NCBI GenBank assembly: GCA_043228905.1 | Contig: JBHGNT010000005.1 | Span: forward strand, 9,486,001-9,550,000 | DNA: 64,000 nucleotides | From: Azolla caroliniana | Lineage: Eukaryota; Plantae; Polypodiophyta | Direction of reading: 5' to 3' | In this document: positions 12,129 through 25,138 of the stretch, in pieces | How positions within the stretch are numbered: position 1 is the first letter of the stretch | Layout: each line of letters starts with the position of its first letter | Program-made: the position numbers and the translations under genes | Notes under the pieces: model-generated | The model's input: the letters and a program-made list of their open reading frames with translations, nothing else | What the model was told of the DNA's origin: nothing | The model's database searches: none

Positions 12129-12894
12129 TGTCGTGACGATTTTCGGCTACGGTGTGAAACCGAGTGAGATGAATAAACCAAGGATGTGCAACATTGCACA
12201 TGCACTTAGCAAATAAGCCTAAGTCCTAGTGGCACTTGAGTTCATACAGAGGGGTGCAAGCAAGGTTTGAACCTTGCACCTCTAAGATACAAGATGTTTG
12301 CCTTACCACTAGGACAACTATCATAGTATAGATTTTATGTATTTTCTTTTTATATACGAATTATAGACGAAACAACCATAGAAAACCATGTGCACAAAAC
12401 CATGGTTCTAAACCCATGGTTTGTGCATGACATAAGCAAAACCATGTGCACAAAACCATGGTTTTAGCCCATGGTTTTGTACATGTCACAAGCATGGAAA
12501 GACCTATAAAAGCCTCTGGTTGGGCTTGTGTAAGGGGGGCTCAATATGTGATATCACCAACACCACTATCATCAATATAATTATCTTTATCTTCTTCATA
12601 TCTTTCTTCTTCTCAAGTGAACAAATTTCATCCAATCTTACATTGATCGTCATCTCTTCAATAATTCCGCGAACGTCCTCCCTAGTCCAAGACCCCGGTG
12701 GTTGCTCGAGTAGCACACGCACACGCGAATCTTCACGACATCATTTGGTGAACCCAACATGAAGAGCAGCAAGGGAGGACGAAGATGGATGGTGAAAATC
12801 TCAGGAGGCAATGTCAGAAAGGATGATGGAGTTTCTGAGAGAAGGGAAAAGACGAAATGAAGCCCAATAAGCCGTTGAGAGGGTAGTCGAGCGA

Positions 12895-13845
12895 GTGAGC
12901 TATTTCAACGGTGCCGAAGTCCAAAGTTTTCTAAAAGTCTACAATGCGGAGATGGATTCAAGAGGTGTGGATGAAGCTATGAGGCTAGAGTACTTTTGTC
13001 GGGTGGTGTCTCAACCGATCTTCAAAGATGTAAAAGAGCTTCTAGAAGCTCATGATTCGTGGGCGACTTTTGAGAAGGCTCTATTAGAGGAATATGGCTA
13101 TGAGAGACTGAAGGGACGAGATCGACGCAACTTCAACCAATGGGTGACATTGGCGAAGACCCACCAAGGCGCGACACAAGCATTCGTAGACTTTGAGCAT
13201 CGTTTTTCTCAACTCTCGAAGCGGGAACAAAGATTGGTGCGGGTCGATAAGATCATTATGTTCGTGAAGTCAATCGATCGAATAGAAAGGATGGCCATCG
13301 GCCTCAAACTCGAAGAAGATGATGGTGCAAATGGCCTCATCGAGGATTGGAGAAAAGTGGAAAGTGTATGCCGACTACATGATAAGGGGCGATCAAGAAT
13401 ATCGATGACAACAAGACGGTCCATGAGGGACGATCGAAGAGGGACGAGATGCAGCAACGCGCCACCAACAAAAGAAATGAAGCTTAAAAGGGAGACAAAA
13501 CCGAGGCGAATGGTGATCGAGGAAGAAGAGACCTCCCAACAAATGCGGGTTAATGAAGTGGCCGATACAAAGGCTCAGGTTCAATATGACGGTATTGAGA
13601 GAGAAGGTGCGAAACAAGTCACCTTCTTGTCTTACGAAGAAACAACGGCCAAGGAGGAGGCCGATGACTCGAGGACGGCGAACGCCACTTCGAGGGAGGA
13701 TAAATGTTTCAGAACACGCATTGTGTATGAAACATCGGGTGATGAAGGTCCAAGCATGAGAAAACCTTGCATGATCGAGGGAGATAAAGTGTCTGAGTCC
13801 CACGTGATTGAGGAGGTAGCCATGACAAACGACATCGAGTCAGAG
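12895..13845 (+). pseudogene. gag of element D
   Basis: FNGAEVQSFLKVYNAEM...WATFEKALLEEY...GANGLIEDW. Homologous to the fragment at 28091-28447 and to the gag remnant at 49657. Confidence 0.7.
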
Positions 13846-13849
13846 TTGG

Positions 13850-16467
13850 CTATCAGGAGGAGGAGCCTAGCGAGCACCTCCAGCGGCGCCAAAAGAAGCG
13901 CATTGCAGACCATGTCGGGGAGCAATCGGGTCCAGAGAAGGATAGGACGCCGATACCCTGCACTGAGTGCCCAGAACCAAGGGTGGAATCGGAACCGGTT
14001 CGAACAGAACTGGTCACAGAATTCCCTACACAGTAGGCTACGCCAGCGGGTCAGGACATAACAAGACCTGTGATTCAGGATCCGGTGATTCAGTTGTCTA
14101 CATCACCGGCACACCAGGACCAACCAGAGCCGGAATGGTCAACTGAGGCACAACCAAAGCCAGAACTGCCAAGTGGTAACCAACCGGAGCCAGAGTTACC
14201 AATCGACGTAACCAGACAAGATCAGCCACTGGCAAGCTCAGAAATTGGCCAACCCTCCACGTGGACACAGCAACAAGGCACCGACAGCCAATGGCTGCGG
14301 TGGATCGGGGAGCAAATAGCCGGAATGGTCCATTATGTGGAGGCAGAAGAGAAAGCACAATTGGACCGGTTGCTAGGCACAACCGGAGAACTAGAGAAGG
14401 CCTGGTCAAGGATTCGGAGCTTGGAACAAGAATTGGAAATAGCCACCGAAGAATTGGCTAAGATGGTCATAACAGGACCCTAGGAACAAGAACTGGTGGC
14501 TCCGGTACATGTACAGAATAATGAAACATCGACAACTATACATAATAATACGACCCTGGTGACAGAAACAATCCTAGATACAATTACAGCGCAAGCACAA
14601 GAGCTTGCCGTTCTCAAAGAAGACCTGGCCGCACAGGAAGCATTACGGGCTAGGGAAAGAGAATTAAAAATGGCGGCGGAGGAGGAACAACGGAAGACTG
14701 CCGACAACCTCCGCCGAGCAGAAGAGAGCCTACGGAAGGGACACCAAGCCTATGACCGGCTTATGGAAGAGAAAGAAAAATTGCTGCAAGAGAAGGATAA
14801 ACTCTGAGGGATGGCGAAAACAAAGATAGAGAGGCTCAAAGAAGAGCTTCGGCAGCAAAAGGATAGGGAAGACTGAGCTCGCCGCCAAATCAATCAGAAG
14901 CTAAAGCAGAAAACAGACGATTTTGACCGCCTGCACTGGGATTATAAACATATTGAGACGGAATACAAGAAGCTCATCACCGACAACGACCGGTAGCAAG
15001 AGAAGATGTTCGAGCTCCGGAACGAAGTGCAACGGGCGGAGACGGCACTAGCAGAAGAACGGGCTGAGAAGGCAAACATACGAACTGAAGCGGTGCAGGA
15101 ACGCCTGGAACTCCAGATGCAATATCGTGCGGAAATGGAACGCGCCATCATGGTCTTACAAAGAGTGCAGACAATCTATCAGAATCAACTGGTGCGCTAC
15201 AAGGACCAGGAGGTGGTAATTGCAAACCTGATCAAACAGTTGAAAGATGAACAACAAGCCGCAGAAGAAAAATCAAAGATGGGGCTGGAGTGGATCTGGT
15301 GCATCGTACAAGCATGGAAGAATCGAACAAAGTGCTTGATTGAAGACAACTCAGTATTATGGTGGTCGAAATGGGCGAAGCATGCTACCAAGCTACAGTT
15401 GCTGAGGGCGGACGCAGAAAACCGGCAAAGGGAAGGAGATGAGTTCTATAAGCTAGAAAAGGAAGACTTTGCTGCCGTGAAAGATGAATTGGCAGATGAC
15501 TTCGTACCGTTGGCTGATGAACAGATAATAGTGGTTCAGCAAATACTGGCACAATTGGATGATGATCGGCTGGATAACCAAATCCGGTTTGAAAGTTACG
15601 AAAAGGACAGGCTACGGCAAGAGGCGACGAAGAGCGCGGCAACAATCAATCTCAGTGATGAAGAGCCATCGTCGGAGCAAAGGACGGACAGAGGCAAGGC
15701 TGGGATAAGCCAACCAGATTTAACTCAAGAGGAGCAACCAAGGGAGGCATATCCGCAACAACCGCCAGCACCGAGAGCCGGACAACAGCTATCGGAGGAG
15801 CACCGCCCAGAGGAGCCGGAGACCGTGCAACAGCGGGAGCAATAGCAACAGCCAACGGAGCAACAACCGACGCAACGGCCACAGCCAACGGAGCAGCAAT
15901 AGGAAGAGTAGCAACAACAGGAGCAGCAACAGTAGGAGCAGCAAGAGCGGTCCGATCAGTTTTCCGAAGAACCCTTACAGCTCCTCGATCAGAGCATTTT
16001 GGACATTTTGGACGAGGATTGAAGGCCGGATAGTGGGATTTGACGTACAAGGTACTGTCCCACGGGCATGCCATGTGTTAGCCAGCCGGCAAGGAGCGGA
16101 GGACAATCCAGAATGTGAAAGGGCAGGAATTATCGAAAGCTATTATTAGAATAATTAGTAATTAAGTGTATTTTGAGAAGTGAACGAACGGACCGGAATC
16201 GGTATACCGATCCGGATCCGAACCGGTTCATATCAGTGTGCCAGTTGGCAACATTTTGTATGCAGAGCCGGTGATCTATAAAAAGGCATGATTACATTGT
16301 AATCACGACGGATAATTAATAAAGCCTATTGTCTTATCTCTGTGTATTGATTATCGTTCTGTGCTAAATATTTTCTATCTTACGCATGTATTAAGATTCA
16401 TGATATGTTGCTTAAGTAGCCGATAAAGGTCTGATCAATCGTTAGTCTCAGTTACCTCCCCGTAACA
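13850..16467 (+). mobile_element. 3' half of Gypsy element H: coiled-coil extra ORF plus 3' LTR 16076-16467
   Basis: Stop-interrupted coiled-coil ORF (14070-15845) is homologous to 47126-48088. LTR TGTTAGCCA...CGTAACA resembles the termini of G and E. TATAAAA near 16277. The 5' boundary is approximate. Confidence 0.75.
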
Positions 16468-17450
16468 CCCATTGGTGAAGTTTCTTCCATAGACACCTTG
16501 TGTTAGGCTATTGTCCGGCCGTTAGGAGTAAGAATTCCGGCCCGAACGAAGGAAGATCCACATGGGAGTCAATCGACCGGGGCCGACCCGACCGAAACCT
16601 GATTCAGCGGAAATTGATCGGATGATCCCAATCCAAAAGCGGGCCGACCCAGCCGAAATCGATCGGTCGAGCCCAACTCGGCGAAATGTGAATGCAAACG
16701 AAGGCCAACCGAGCCGAGAAGTGATCAACGGAGACCAATCCGGACAAGGGCAAACCCGGCCTAATCGGAGATCGACACGAACGATCCACAACACCTAGTT
16801 GAAGACGGTGAGCACGAGGAGTGGCCCAAAGTGCAATCGAAGGACACGTGCGGTGGATGAAGGAAGAGCGGTCGGATCGACGACATCGTTCGGTAGATCT
16901 ACTACAACCGACCGGGGAAGAAGGTGTGAGCGCCGGATATGGTGGATCGGGTGGCTACGGTGGTTCGGTTGGAAAGATTGGGTATACTGGAAGTGGAAGA
17001 TGAAGTCAGACGAGGTCGACGAGCATGCGGAGGAACTCAGTTGATCACCATTGCCAAAGATCTCACCTCTTCACCTTTCTCGGCACATACCGGAGGATGT
17101 GAGGGTTTGGTGGGGGTGGATGTCATGACGATTTTCGGCTACGGTGTGAAACCGAGTGAGACGAATAAACCAAAGATGTGCAACATTGCACATGCACTTA
17201 GCAAATAAGCCTAAGGCCTAGTGGCACTTGAGTTCATACAGAGGGGTGCAAGCAAGGTTTGAACCTTGCACCTCTAAGATACAAGATGTTTGCCTTACCA
17301 CTAGGACAACTATCATAGTATAAATTTTATATATTTCCTTTTCATATACGAATTATAGACAAAACAACCATAGAAAACCATGGTTCTAAACCCATGGTTT
17401 GTGCATGACATAAGCAAAACTGTGTGCACAAAACCATGGTTTATAGATAA

Positions 17451-18417
17451 CGTCAATTAAAGAAGGGATTTATAGATAATCAATCACAATCTCATATGTT
17501 TTTTCAAGGATTAAAACCACCATATGCTCGTTCAAATGTAGTACAAATTAAAATAGGGGATGACATTTTTGTGGACCCAATCAAGGTTATTGAGTTATGT
17601 ATTACTCATTTTAAGAATTTAATTGGGCTAGAGTTGATTATTAATGAGGATGTGTTGAAAGCACAACAAGAGTTTTATAATGTTATTAGGAGTGTCGTGA
17701 GTACAAATATTCGTCAAGAATTGGATGCTGATTTTGAAGAAGTTAAGGTGGAAAAGGTATTGTTACACCTTCCAAATGGTAAAAGCCCTGGTTGGGATTG
17801 TGTTAGAAATGAAGTTTTTAAGAAGTATGCTGGCATGCTTAAGAGTCCATTCACACAAATGTTTCAACAATGTTGGGATTCTGGTTTCATGCCTGAGAGC
17901 TGGAAGGTGGGCTTAATCAAATTGATACCAAAGGTACCATCTCTGGAGTCATTTCATGAATGGAGGCCTATTTCATTGATGGGAGGGTTATACAAAATGT
18001 TTGCAAATATATTATCCAACAGACTTCAGAAGTTCTTACCTCAACTTATTCATCCATCTCAATATGGTTTTATTATAGGTACAAATATATTGCATAATGT
18101 TTTGAATGTTCAAATGGCCACCGATTATGCTCAACATACACATCAAGAATGGTTATGGTGTAATTAATTTGGAAAAAGCATATGATCATGTTAATCGGTC
18201 TTTCCTCTCAGGTGTGATGTATAATATGGGGTTTGGTCCTCGTATGTGTCGACTTATCTTTTTGCTAGGGCAAAATGCAACCTCGTGTGTGATGCTTAAT
18301 GGCGGAGTTACTCCGAAAGTGTTTCTTACTAGATACGTGCACCAAGAATGTCCACTAAGCCCATTGTTATTTGCTATTGTTACACATCCTTTGTTAGTAA
18401 TGTTGTCAAATATTGCG
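17451..18417 (+). pseudogene. LINE ORF2 reverse transcriptase, continuing at 23308-23935
   Basis: KSPGWD, LIPK, WRPISL, QYGF, EKAYD, QECPLSPLLF. ALADD lies at about 23370 after the Copia I insertion. Confidence 0.88.
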
Positions 18418-18684
18418 TGTTGAGATACAAGCTCAACATTGGGTGCGTAAACTGGTCCGTAAACCAGTGCGTAGACTCGGTGCCTAAACCGGATGCGTAA
18501 ACTAGGAGGTCGTTGGAAAGATAGTTCGCGGAGGAATATATTTTGGGAGTTAATGTAGGGGCTCATTGATGAGCATTGAAGTACATGTCAGTACTTCTGT
18601 TAGTCCGTATGGACTTGTATAAAAGTGCTCTCTAAGCACGTCCTATGTATAGAGTGTTATTTTCTTGGAATAGAACTATTGTTT

Positions 18685-18722
<38 letters not shown>

Positions 18723-21700
18723 TTTTCTGTGTTTTCACCGAACTGTCATATTTCCAAACTGTGTACTCTATGTCTTTTACACACACACTTCCGCACGTAT
18801 TCCTTTTCATGGTATTAGAGCGTGAGGGTTGAGACTCCTCTACAGTCGACAGAAAAGCAAGCAATAAAGATAGAGTCAAGTTTATTTTCGATTTTAAAAA
18901 AGATACAACAACAATATGGACAAAGGAATAGGAAGCTCGCTACCGACTTAGAAGCTCGATAGGAGCAACTACGCATCTTGGTCTTACTAGATGCACCAGT
19001 ACCTGCTCGGTCATGGTTACCGGAGTTATGTCGATGGAGCTAATGACACAGCACCCGAATCGACACATAGAGATTTCCCGGCCTTGGAACAGGCGGCAAG
19101 TAGAGTTCTCTACTGCATCACATCTTGTGTGAGCGATTAACGTTCGAGTTATATTTGGGATGTGAAGACGCCAAAGGATTCTTGGGGAAATCTGAAAAAG
19201 ATTTTCGCCGCGAGCACCACAGCTAGAAAGCTCCAACTCAGGCAAGAGTTGAGCAATGTTCGACAACGAGATATGTTGGTGGCTGACTACACCTCCAAGA
19301 TCAAGGACATCTGCGATTCTCTTGCTTCCGTCAATGTAAATGTCGAGGAGGACGAAATGGAGCACGTCTGCCTCGGAGGGTTAGCGTCGAAGTTCGGAGC
19401 TTTCCGAACTACGGTCTATATGAGGGAGTACACCATCGTTTTTCGACTTACAGTCGATGCTACTAGTAGAGGAGAACCATGTGGGTGCGTCAACGAATAT
19501 GCACGCCGACAGCAAGATGTTGTACACGGAGGAAGATAGGCCCTGCGGTCGTGGCAGACAAGGCGAGTCGGTGCACAATGGAGGCAGCCGATAGGAGCAA
19601 GATCGAAGGCATGGTCGTAATCCTAACAATAGTTCTGGACCCTCCAGAAGCAAGGGGAGTTGAGGCGGCGCCGGAAACTGGCAAGGGAAACCTGCCACAA
19701 AATGTTGGTACTGTGGCAAGAAAGGCCACAGGGAGAGTGAGTGTTGGAAGAAACATGTCGATTCAAAGAAAACCGCATCTAGATGCGAGTGGACCGAAAA
19801 AGGAAATCGGTAGTGATCGCACTATGCTAAGGGCTCCGAACAAGCCAAAAATGGATCGGGCCCAGCCTTCGTAATGAAGCATAAGGCCAATTCGATGGCG
19901 GTGAACACCTCGAAACCAAACAAGGTGTGGTATGTTGACTCTGGAGCACCAAATCATATGACGAGTCACGAGGAATGGTTCTCGTACTTACAGAAACAAG
20001 AAAAACAAGGAGGGCCGAAAGATCAACTGCCTAAAGTCCGATGGTGGGAAGGAGTACTTCTCCAACCAATTCTTGAATTATTTGCCGGATGAAGGAATTC
20101 GGCGTGATTTCTCCTGCAAATACACGTCGTAGCAGAACGGCGTGGCTGAGCGGAAAAATCGGACAATCGAATAGGCAACCAGGGCAATGCTCGAAGAGAA
20201 GCATATGCCAAAATTTTATTGGGCTGAAGCCATAAGGACAGTTGTTTACCTGCAGAATCAGACTTCTATTAATGGAGGAGTGTCGCCACATGAATTATAC
20301 TTCAAGAAGAAGCCGAACTTGGCACACTTGAGGGTTTTCAGTCATCACGTATGTGCATGTGCCGAAGGAGAAACAGAGGAAGCTGGATGCCAAAGCCGAG
20401 AAGTGTATCTTGGTTGGCTACCCCGACGAACAGAAGGGTTATAAGTGTCATAACCCCCGAACCAAAAAAGCTCGCATAAGTCGTGATGTTGTGTTCGACG
20501 AGTCCGCGTCGTGGTACTTGCCTTCGCCTCCAACCACTAACGACTCCATTCCGATCACTGACGAAGAGGTCAGCGAGGCTGAAGTGCCTCGGGACAAAGA
20601 AGACATCGGAGCTCCTCAAGAGAGTTCGATATCATTTAGGCTAAGTGGGCTGAATGAGCGACTGAGTTGGCATGACCAATCAGACGCAGAGCTGGCGAGT
20701 AGTGGTGACTCGGTCGTGCATTCCCTGCGCAAGAAGCTAAGGAGACGGTTTACACACGAAGAGAAGGAAAAGAAGAAGATGCCGGAGTATGACACTGATA
20801 AGGACGAGTCGAATTGAAGCGAATCCGACTCTGAGAAGAACGAAGACGGACCTCCGAAAATGAAGTCCGCGTCGGCCAAGAGGGCCTCAAAATTGGCTAA
20901 TGAGGAATTACGTCGATCTACCCACCAAAAGAACCCTGTGGTGCGCTTCGAATACAACGAGTACATGGCGCATCATTGTACACATACATGACGTGAGTGG
21001 CAGAACTGCGTGAGCCAGAGAGCTACGCAAAAGCGGCGAAGGACGCAAACTGGCGTGCCGTGATGAAGGAAGAGATGTGCGTGTTATCAGACAATGAGAC
21101 TTGGGACCTGGTTGATGCACCTAAAGGTGTGAAGCCGATCGGATGCAGATGGATGTACAAGGTGAAGTACAACACCGACGGCTCAGTCAACCGATACAAG
21201 GCTCGGTTAGTGGCGAAAGGCTACGCACAGAAGCACAACGTCGATTACGACGAGACCTTCGCACCTGTCACGAAGATGACCACAATCCATGTTCTGTTGG
21301 CCATAGCAATAGCGAAGGGGTGGCACTTACATCAGATGGATGTAAAGAATGCGTTCTTGCAAGGTGATCTTGAGGAACAGGTGTACATGGTACAACCCCC
21401 TGGATTTCTATCCGACCGGAACACCTCAGCAGTTTGCCAACTGAAGAAGTCCCTCTACGGACTAAAGCAAGCCCCGTGGGCATGGAACGCGAAGATCATG
21501 CAACGTCTGCATCATATGGGGTTTACGACGTCCAAATCGGACTCTTCATTGTTCGTTCCGCAAGGTCAACATGGACGGGTTATTCTTTTACTTTATGTTG
21601 ATGATATTGTCATTGTCGGTGCTGACCTAGATGAAATCGGCCACATAAAGTCTCAGCTTGCGGCATCATTCGACATGAAGGATCTAGGCAACCTTTATTA

Positions 21701-23307
21701 CTTCCTAGGGATCGAAGTGATCTGCACCCTTGAAGGCATATTAATCAGCCAACGTCACTACGTGCTGAATATGCTCTTCAAGTTCAGGATGGCAGATTGT
21801 AAGCCCATCTCGACTCCTCTAGACCTAAACACAAAGCTTCGCCAAGATTCAGGAAAGGCGAGCGACCCGACATGGTTCCGACAGATTGTCGAAAGCCTAA
21901 TCTATTTGACGATCACTCGGCCGGATCTGAGTTACCCGGTTGGCTTGATCAGTCAATTTATGTCACAGCCCACGTTCGAACATTTTCAGTGAGCACGGAG
22001 AATATTGCGATATGTTAGCGGCACTAAGGACATGGCATTGCTATATCAGGTAGGAGTAGCCGAATAGTTAGTTGGCTACACGGATGCTGATTGGGCCAGA
22101 AATGCCAGCGATCGCAGATCAACATCAAGATACGCATTCTTGTTGGGATGTGCGACGATCGCGTGCAACAGTAAGAAGTAGCCGACAGTGGCACTGTCGA
22201 GCACAGAGGATGAGTACCAAGGGGTGGTTGTCACTACATGCAAAGTCATTTGGCTCAAAAGGCTACTCAAGGATTTGCATGTGGAGGTGTCCGCTCCAAC
22301 AACGATCTACTACGACAACTTTAGCAGCATCCAACTTGCGAAAAACCCTGTATTCCACACTCGGATCAAGCACATTGAGGTGCACTACCATTTTGTCCAA
22401 GAGTGTGTCCTCTCCGGTGACGTTGAACTAGTGTATGTTCTGATGGGTCGACAGACTGCCGATATTTTCACCAAGCCTCTTGGTCTCGACAAGTTGTGGG
22501 AATTCTCTGGTGTGCTTGGGTTGCGCCACCTCGACTTGTTGAACTTGAGGGGGAGACAAGAACAAGAGCGTGAGAGGAGCGGAAGTGACCGCGATTCCGA
22601 GTCGGATGAGGAATTCGATTTCAGGATGGCTGTAGAAGTCTAAGGAGAAGAAAGGGGCAACAACCACATCGAAGATCCGGAAGAGCAGGCAGAACCTCAA
22701 GTTGAGCTTGAGGGTGAGTGTTGAGATACAAGTTAAACATTGGGTGCATAAACCGGTCTATAAACTAGTTCATAGACGAGGTGCGTAAACCAGGTGCGCA
22801 ACGAGAGGTCGTTGGAATGATATTCTGCGGTGGAATATATTTTGCGAGTTAGTGTAGGGGCTCATTGATGAGCATTGAAGTACGTGTCTGTCTGTCCGTA
22901 TGGACTTGTATAAAAGTGCTCTTTGAGCACATCCTATGTACAGAGTGTTATTTTCTTGGAGTAGAACTGTTCTCTCTCTCTCTCTCTCTTTTATCGTAAT
23001 TAGCTTACCCTAGTGGTAAGTCGATAACACTACAAGCATTGTGTCTTGGGTTCGAAACCCAATTTCCTCACCTCTCTATTATATACTTCATATATATCTC
23101 TATTTCGCTAGATGCCACTGTGGAATGTAGGGGTTGAACCCATGACCACCTTGTCTCCATTGGGCAACCTTACCAACTGAGCTACATCCATTTGGGCAAA
23201 ATCTCTCTCTCCCTCTCTCTCTCTCTGTGTTTTCACTGAACTGTCATATTTTCGAACTGTGTACTCTGTGTCTTTTACGCACACGCTTCCACAAGTATTC
23301 CTTTTCA
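18418..23307 (+). mobile_element. Copia I (same family as C), internally deleted, inserted in the LINE RT
   Basis: LTRs 18418-18809 and 22719-23307. TSD TTGCG/TTGCA. PBS TGGTATTAGAGC at 18810. Degenerate gag, INT, RT (20997-21992) and RH. A deletion near 20012 removes the protease C-terminus through the integrase N-terminus. Confidence 0.92.
22989..23201. mobile_element. Insertion of two convergent tRNA-like heads (SINE-like) in the (TC)n tract of the Copia I 3' LTR
   Basis: Absent from the 5' LTR. Plus unit: TAGTGGTAAG...TTGGG-TTCGAAA-CCCAA. Minus unit: GGATGTAGCTCAGTTGGTAAGG...GGGTTCAACCCC. Confidence 0.75.
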
Positions 23308-24652
23308 TTGCAGCTAATGGTGATATTGTAGGTTTGCATCTTACTTCTGGTGGACAATTGGTGACACAAGCATTGGCTGATGATTCTTTTATGTTTTTAC
23401 AAGCCTCAAAAGAAAATCTTGAAAGGAGTATGTAAGTTTGGGATCAATTTGCTTTGGCTTCAGGGTTATATATAAATTGGAGGAAGTCTCGCCTTATTTC
23501 TTGTACGGAGAGTGATTTGGAATGTTTGGGATGGCGAGGGTCAATAATTACACGAGGATCAATTTATCGCCATTTGGGTTATCCATTGGGTGTTGATGTT
23601 ACAAAAGTTCAATTGATTGATTAGATTGGTAGTAAATTGAAGGACAAATATATGTATTGGAAGTCTCAATTATGGCCCTTTCATGTACAACTCAAAGTGG
23701 TGCAATGTATCTTGATACCCATGTTATTATATTTTTTGTCTTTACTACCTTGGACTAAGAAGGCATTACAAAACATTTTACAACCTATTCGGTTCATGTT
23801 GTGGTGGAAAGGAGAAATGATGGGAGTTACATGGATTTCATGGGACCATTGGGTACTCCTAAAAGGTTAGGTGGTGCAGCAATATTAGATTTGGAAAGGC
23901 ATTTGATGGCTCGTAGATTTGCATTATTACGAGATATTTACTTTTTCTTGAGCTCATTGCCTCTGTTACAAAGGCACTACGGCTCTTCGTAGTGCACAGC
24001 GGATCGTGATGTGTTGGATCGTTAGTGTGTTCAAGAGAGAAAGAAAATGGGGGAAATAGACTCACCTTAGTAGCAGCCCAAAATCGTTCGGTTTCATTAC
24101 ACAGAGAAATCTCTCTCGTCTGTTTTCTATTTCTCTTCTTACTTCACTCTCTTACTACTCTCTTTTTAACCTAAGTATATAAGTGACTTACATATTTAGC
24201 TTTCACAGCTAAATAGATGTTTTACCTATATGTCAAATAGTAGCTAATTTCCTAATAGCTACTATAGAAGATCTGAGTTACCAATAAGCATCACATGCTT
24301 TTGTTGAGCTTGTTTCTTAACACTCCCCACTCAAGCTCAACTTACCCACTCTTGAGATCTTCATCAGTCTTCTTTTCCATCATGCTTTTCAACTATCATA
24401 CCAATGCTTGTAACTACCATCATGGCTCTAAACTATGTATGTTTTTCCATGCTCAATCCCTTTGTAAGAATATCAACAACTTGTTGATTTGTACTTACAT
24501 ACAACAGATCCACTTCTCCATCAATAACTTTTTCTCTAACGAAGTGATAATGCACTTCAATGTGATTTGTTCTTGCATGGAACACTTGGTTTTTTCCGAG
24601 CTGAATGCTGCTCATATTGTCACACCAAATTGTGACTACATCATTTATATAT

Positions 24653-25138
24653 TGTCATGAACACATGACCATTATGGCGTCACCCGGACTTGAACCCCGA
24701 AACTTGTAATCCATAATTGAAAACCTCAACCATTAAGATAGCTTATTGTCATATGAGAGGATAAAAGCTACTTTTTGTATTAGATTGATTATTGTAAAAA
24801 CTCTAGATCATTCTAGAATGTTCTAGAATGTCCTAGATCATTCTAGAATGTTCTAGAATGTCCTAGAGCATTCTAGATCATAGAATGTCCTAGAACATTC
24901 TAGAACATTATAAAAATCTCTAAGCTATTCTATAGGAACCTATAAATAAGGGCATACATGTATTCTCAAATCAATTCGAATCAACACCAGTCTTTAGCTC
25001 TCATTACATATCTTGTATCCATTCTCTTTCTTTTTCTATCTTAATACACCCATTCTTCTCTTAGCATTTCGTTCCTTTCTTCTCGTGTTCCCTTATATCC
25101 TTCTTCCATCACTCTATCTTTTATTCTTGGTTCTAACA
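24653..25138 (+). mobile_element. Solo LTR of chromovirus family A inside the RNase H of J
   Basis: TGTCATGA...CTAACA with TSD TATAT/TATAC. Matches 966-1304 plus 7247-7291. Confidence 0.92.

Larger units (their letters stand above)
12129..17440 (+). mobile_element. Gypsy-type element D (TGTCGTG termini, tRNA-Trp PBS), gag only, with no pol seen
   Basis: 5' LTR 12129-12740 (TGTCGTG...CACGACA). PBS TGGTGAACCCAACATGA at 12746. gag about 12797-13845. PPT GGTGGGGGTGGA. Truncated 3' LTR 17121-17440 matches the 5' LTR. Confidence 0.85.
9508..23935 (+). mobile_element. Second L1-type LINE, degenerate, interrupted by elements D/H and I, and continuing no further than the junction with J
   Basis: ORF1 about 9708-11065. 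ORF2 in pieces 11062-12128, 17451-18417 and 23308 to about 23935, which rejoin across the insertions. Confidence 0.85.

Noticed and set aside
14070-15845. Host myosin/SMC-like gene or env
   Set aside because: It lies directly upstream of an LTR, has a homologue inside LTR-bounded G, contains internal stops, and shows no transmembrane or signal segment.
23121-23189. Functional tRNA gene (also the LTR cassettes)
   Set aside because: A and B boxes are present, but no convincing anticodon arm or complete cloverleaf is visible, so these are treated as tRNA-derived.
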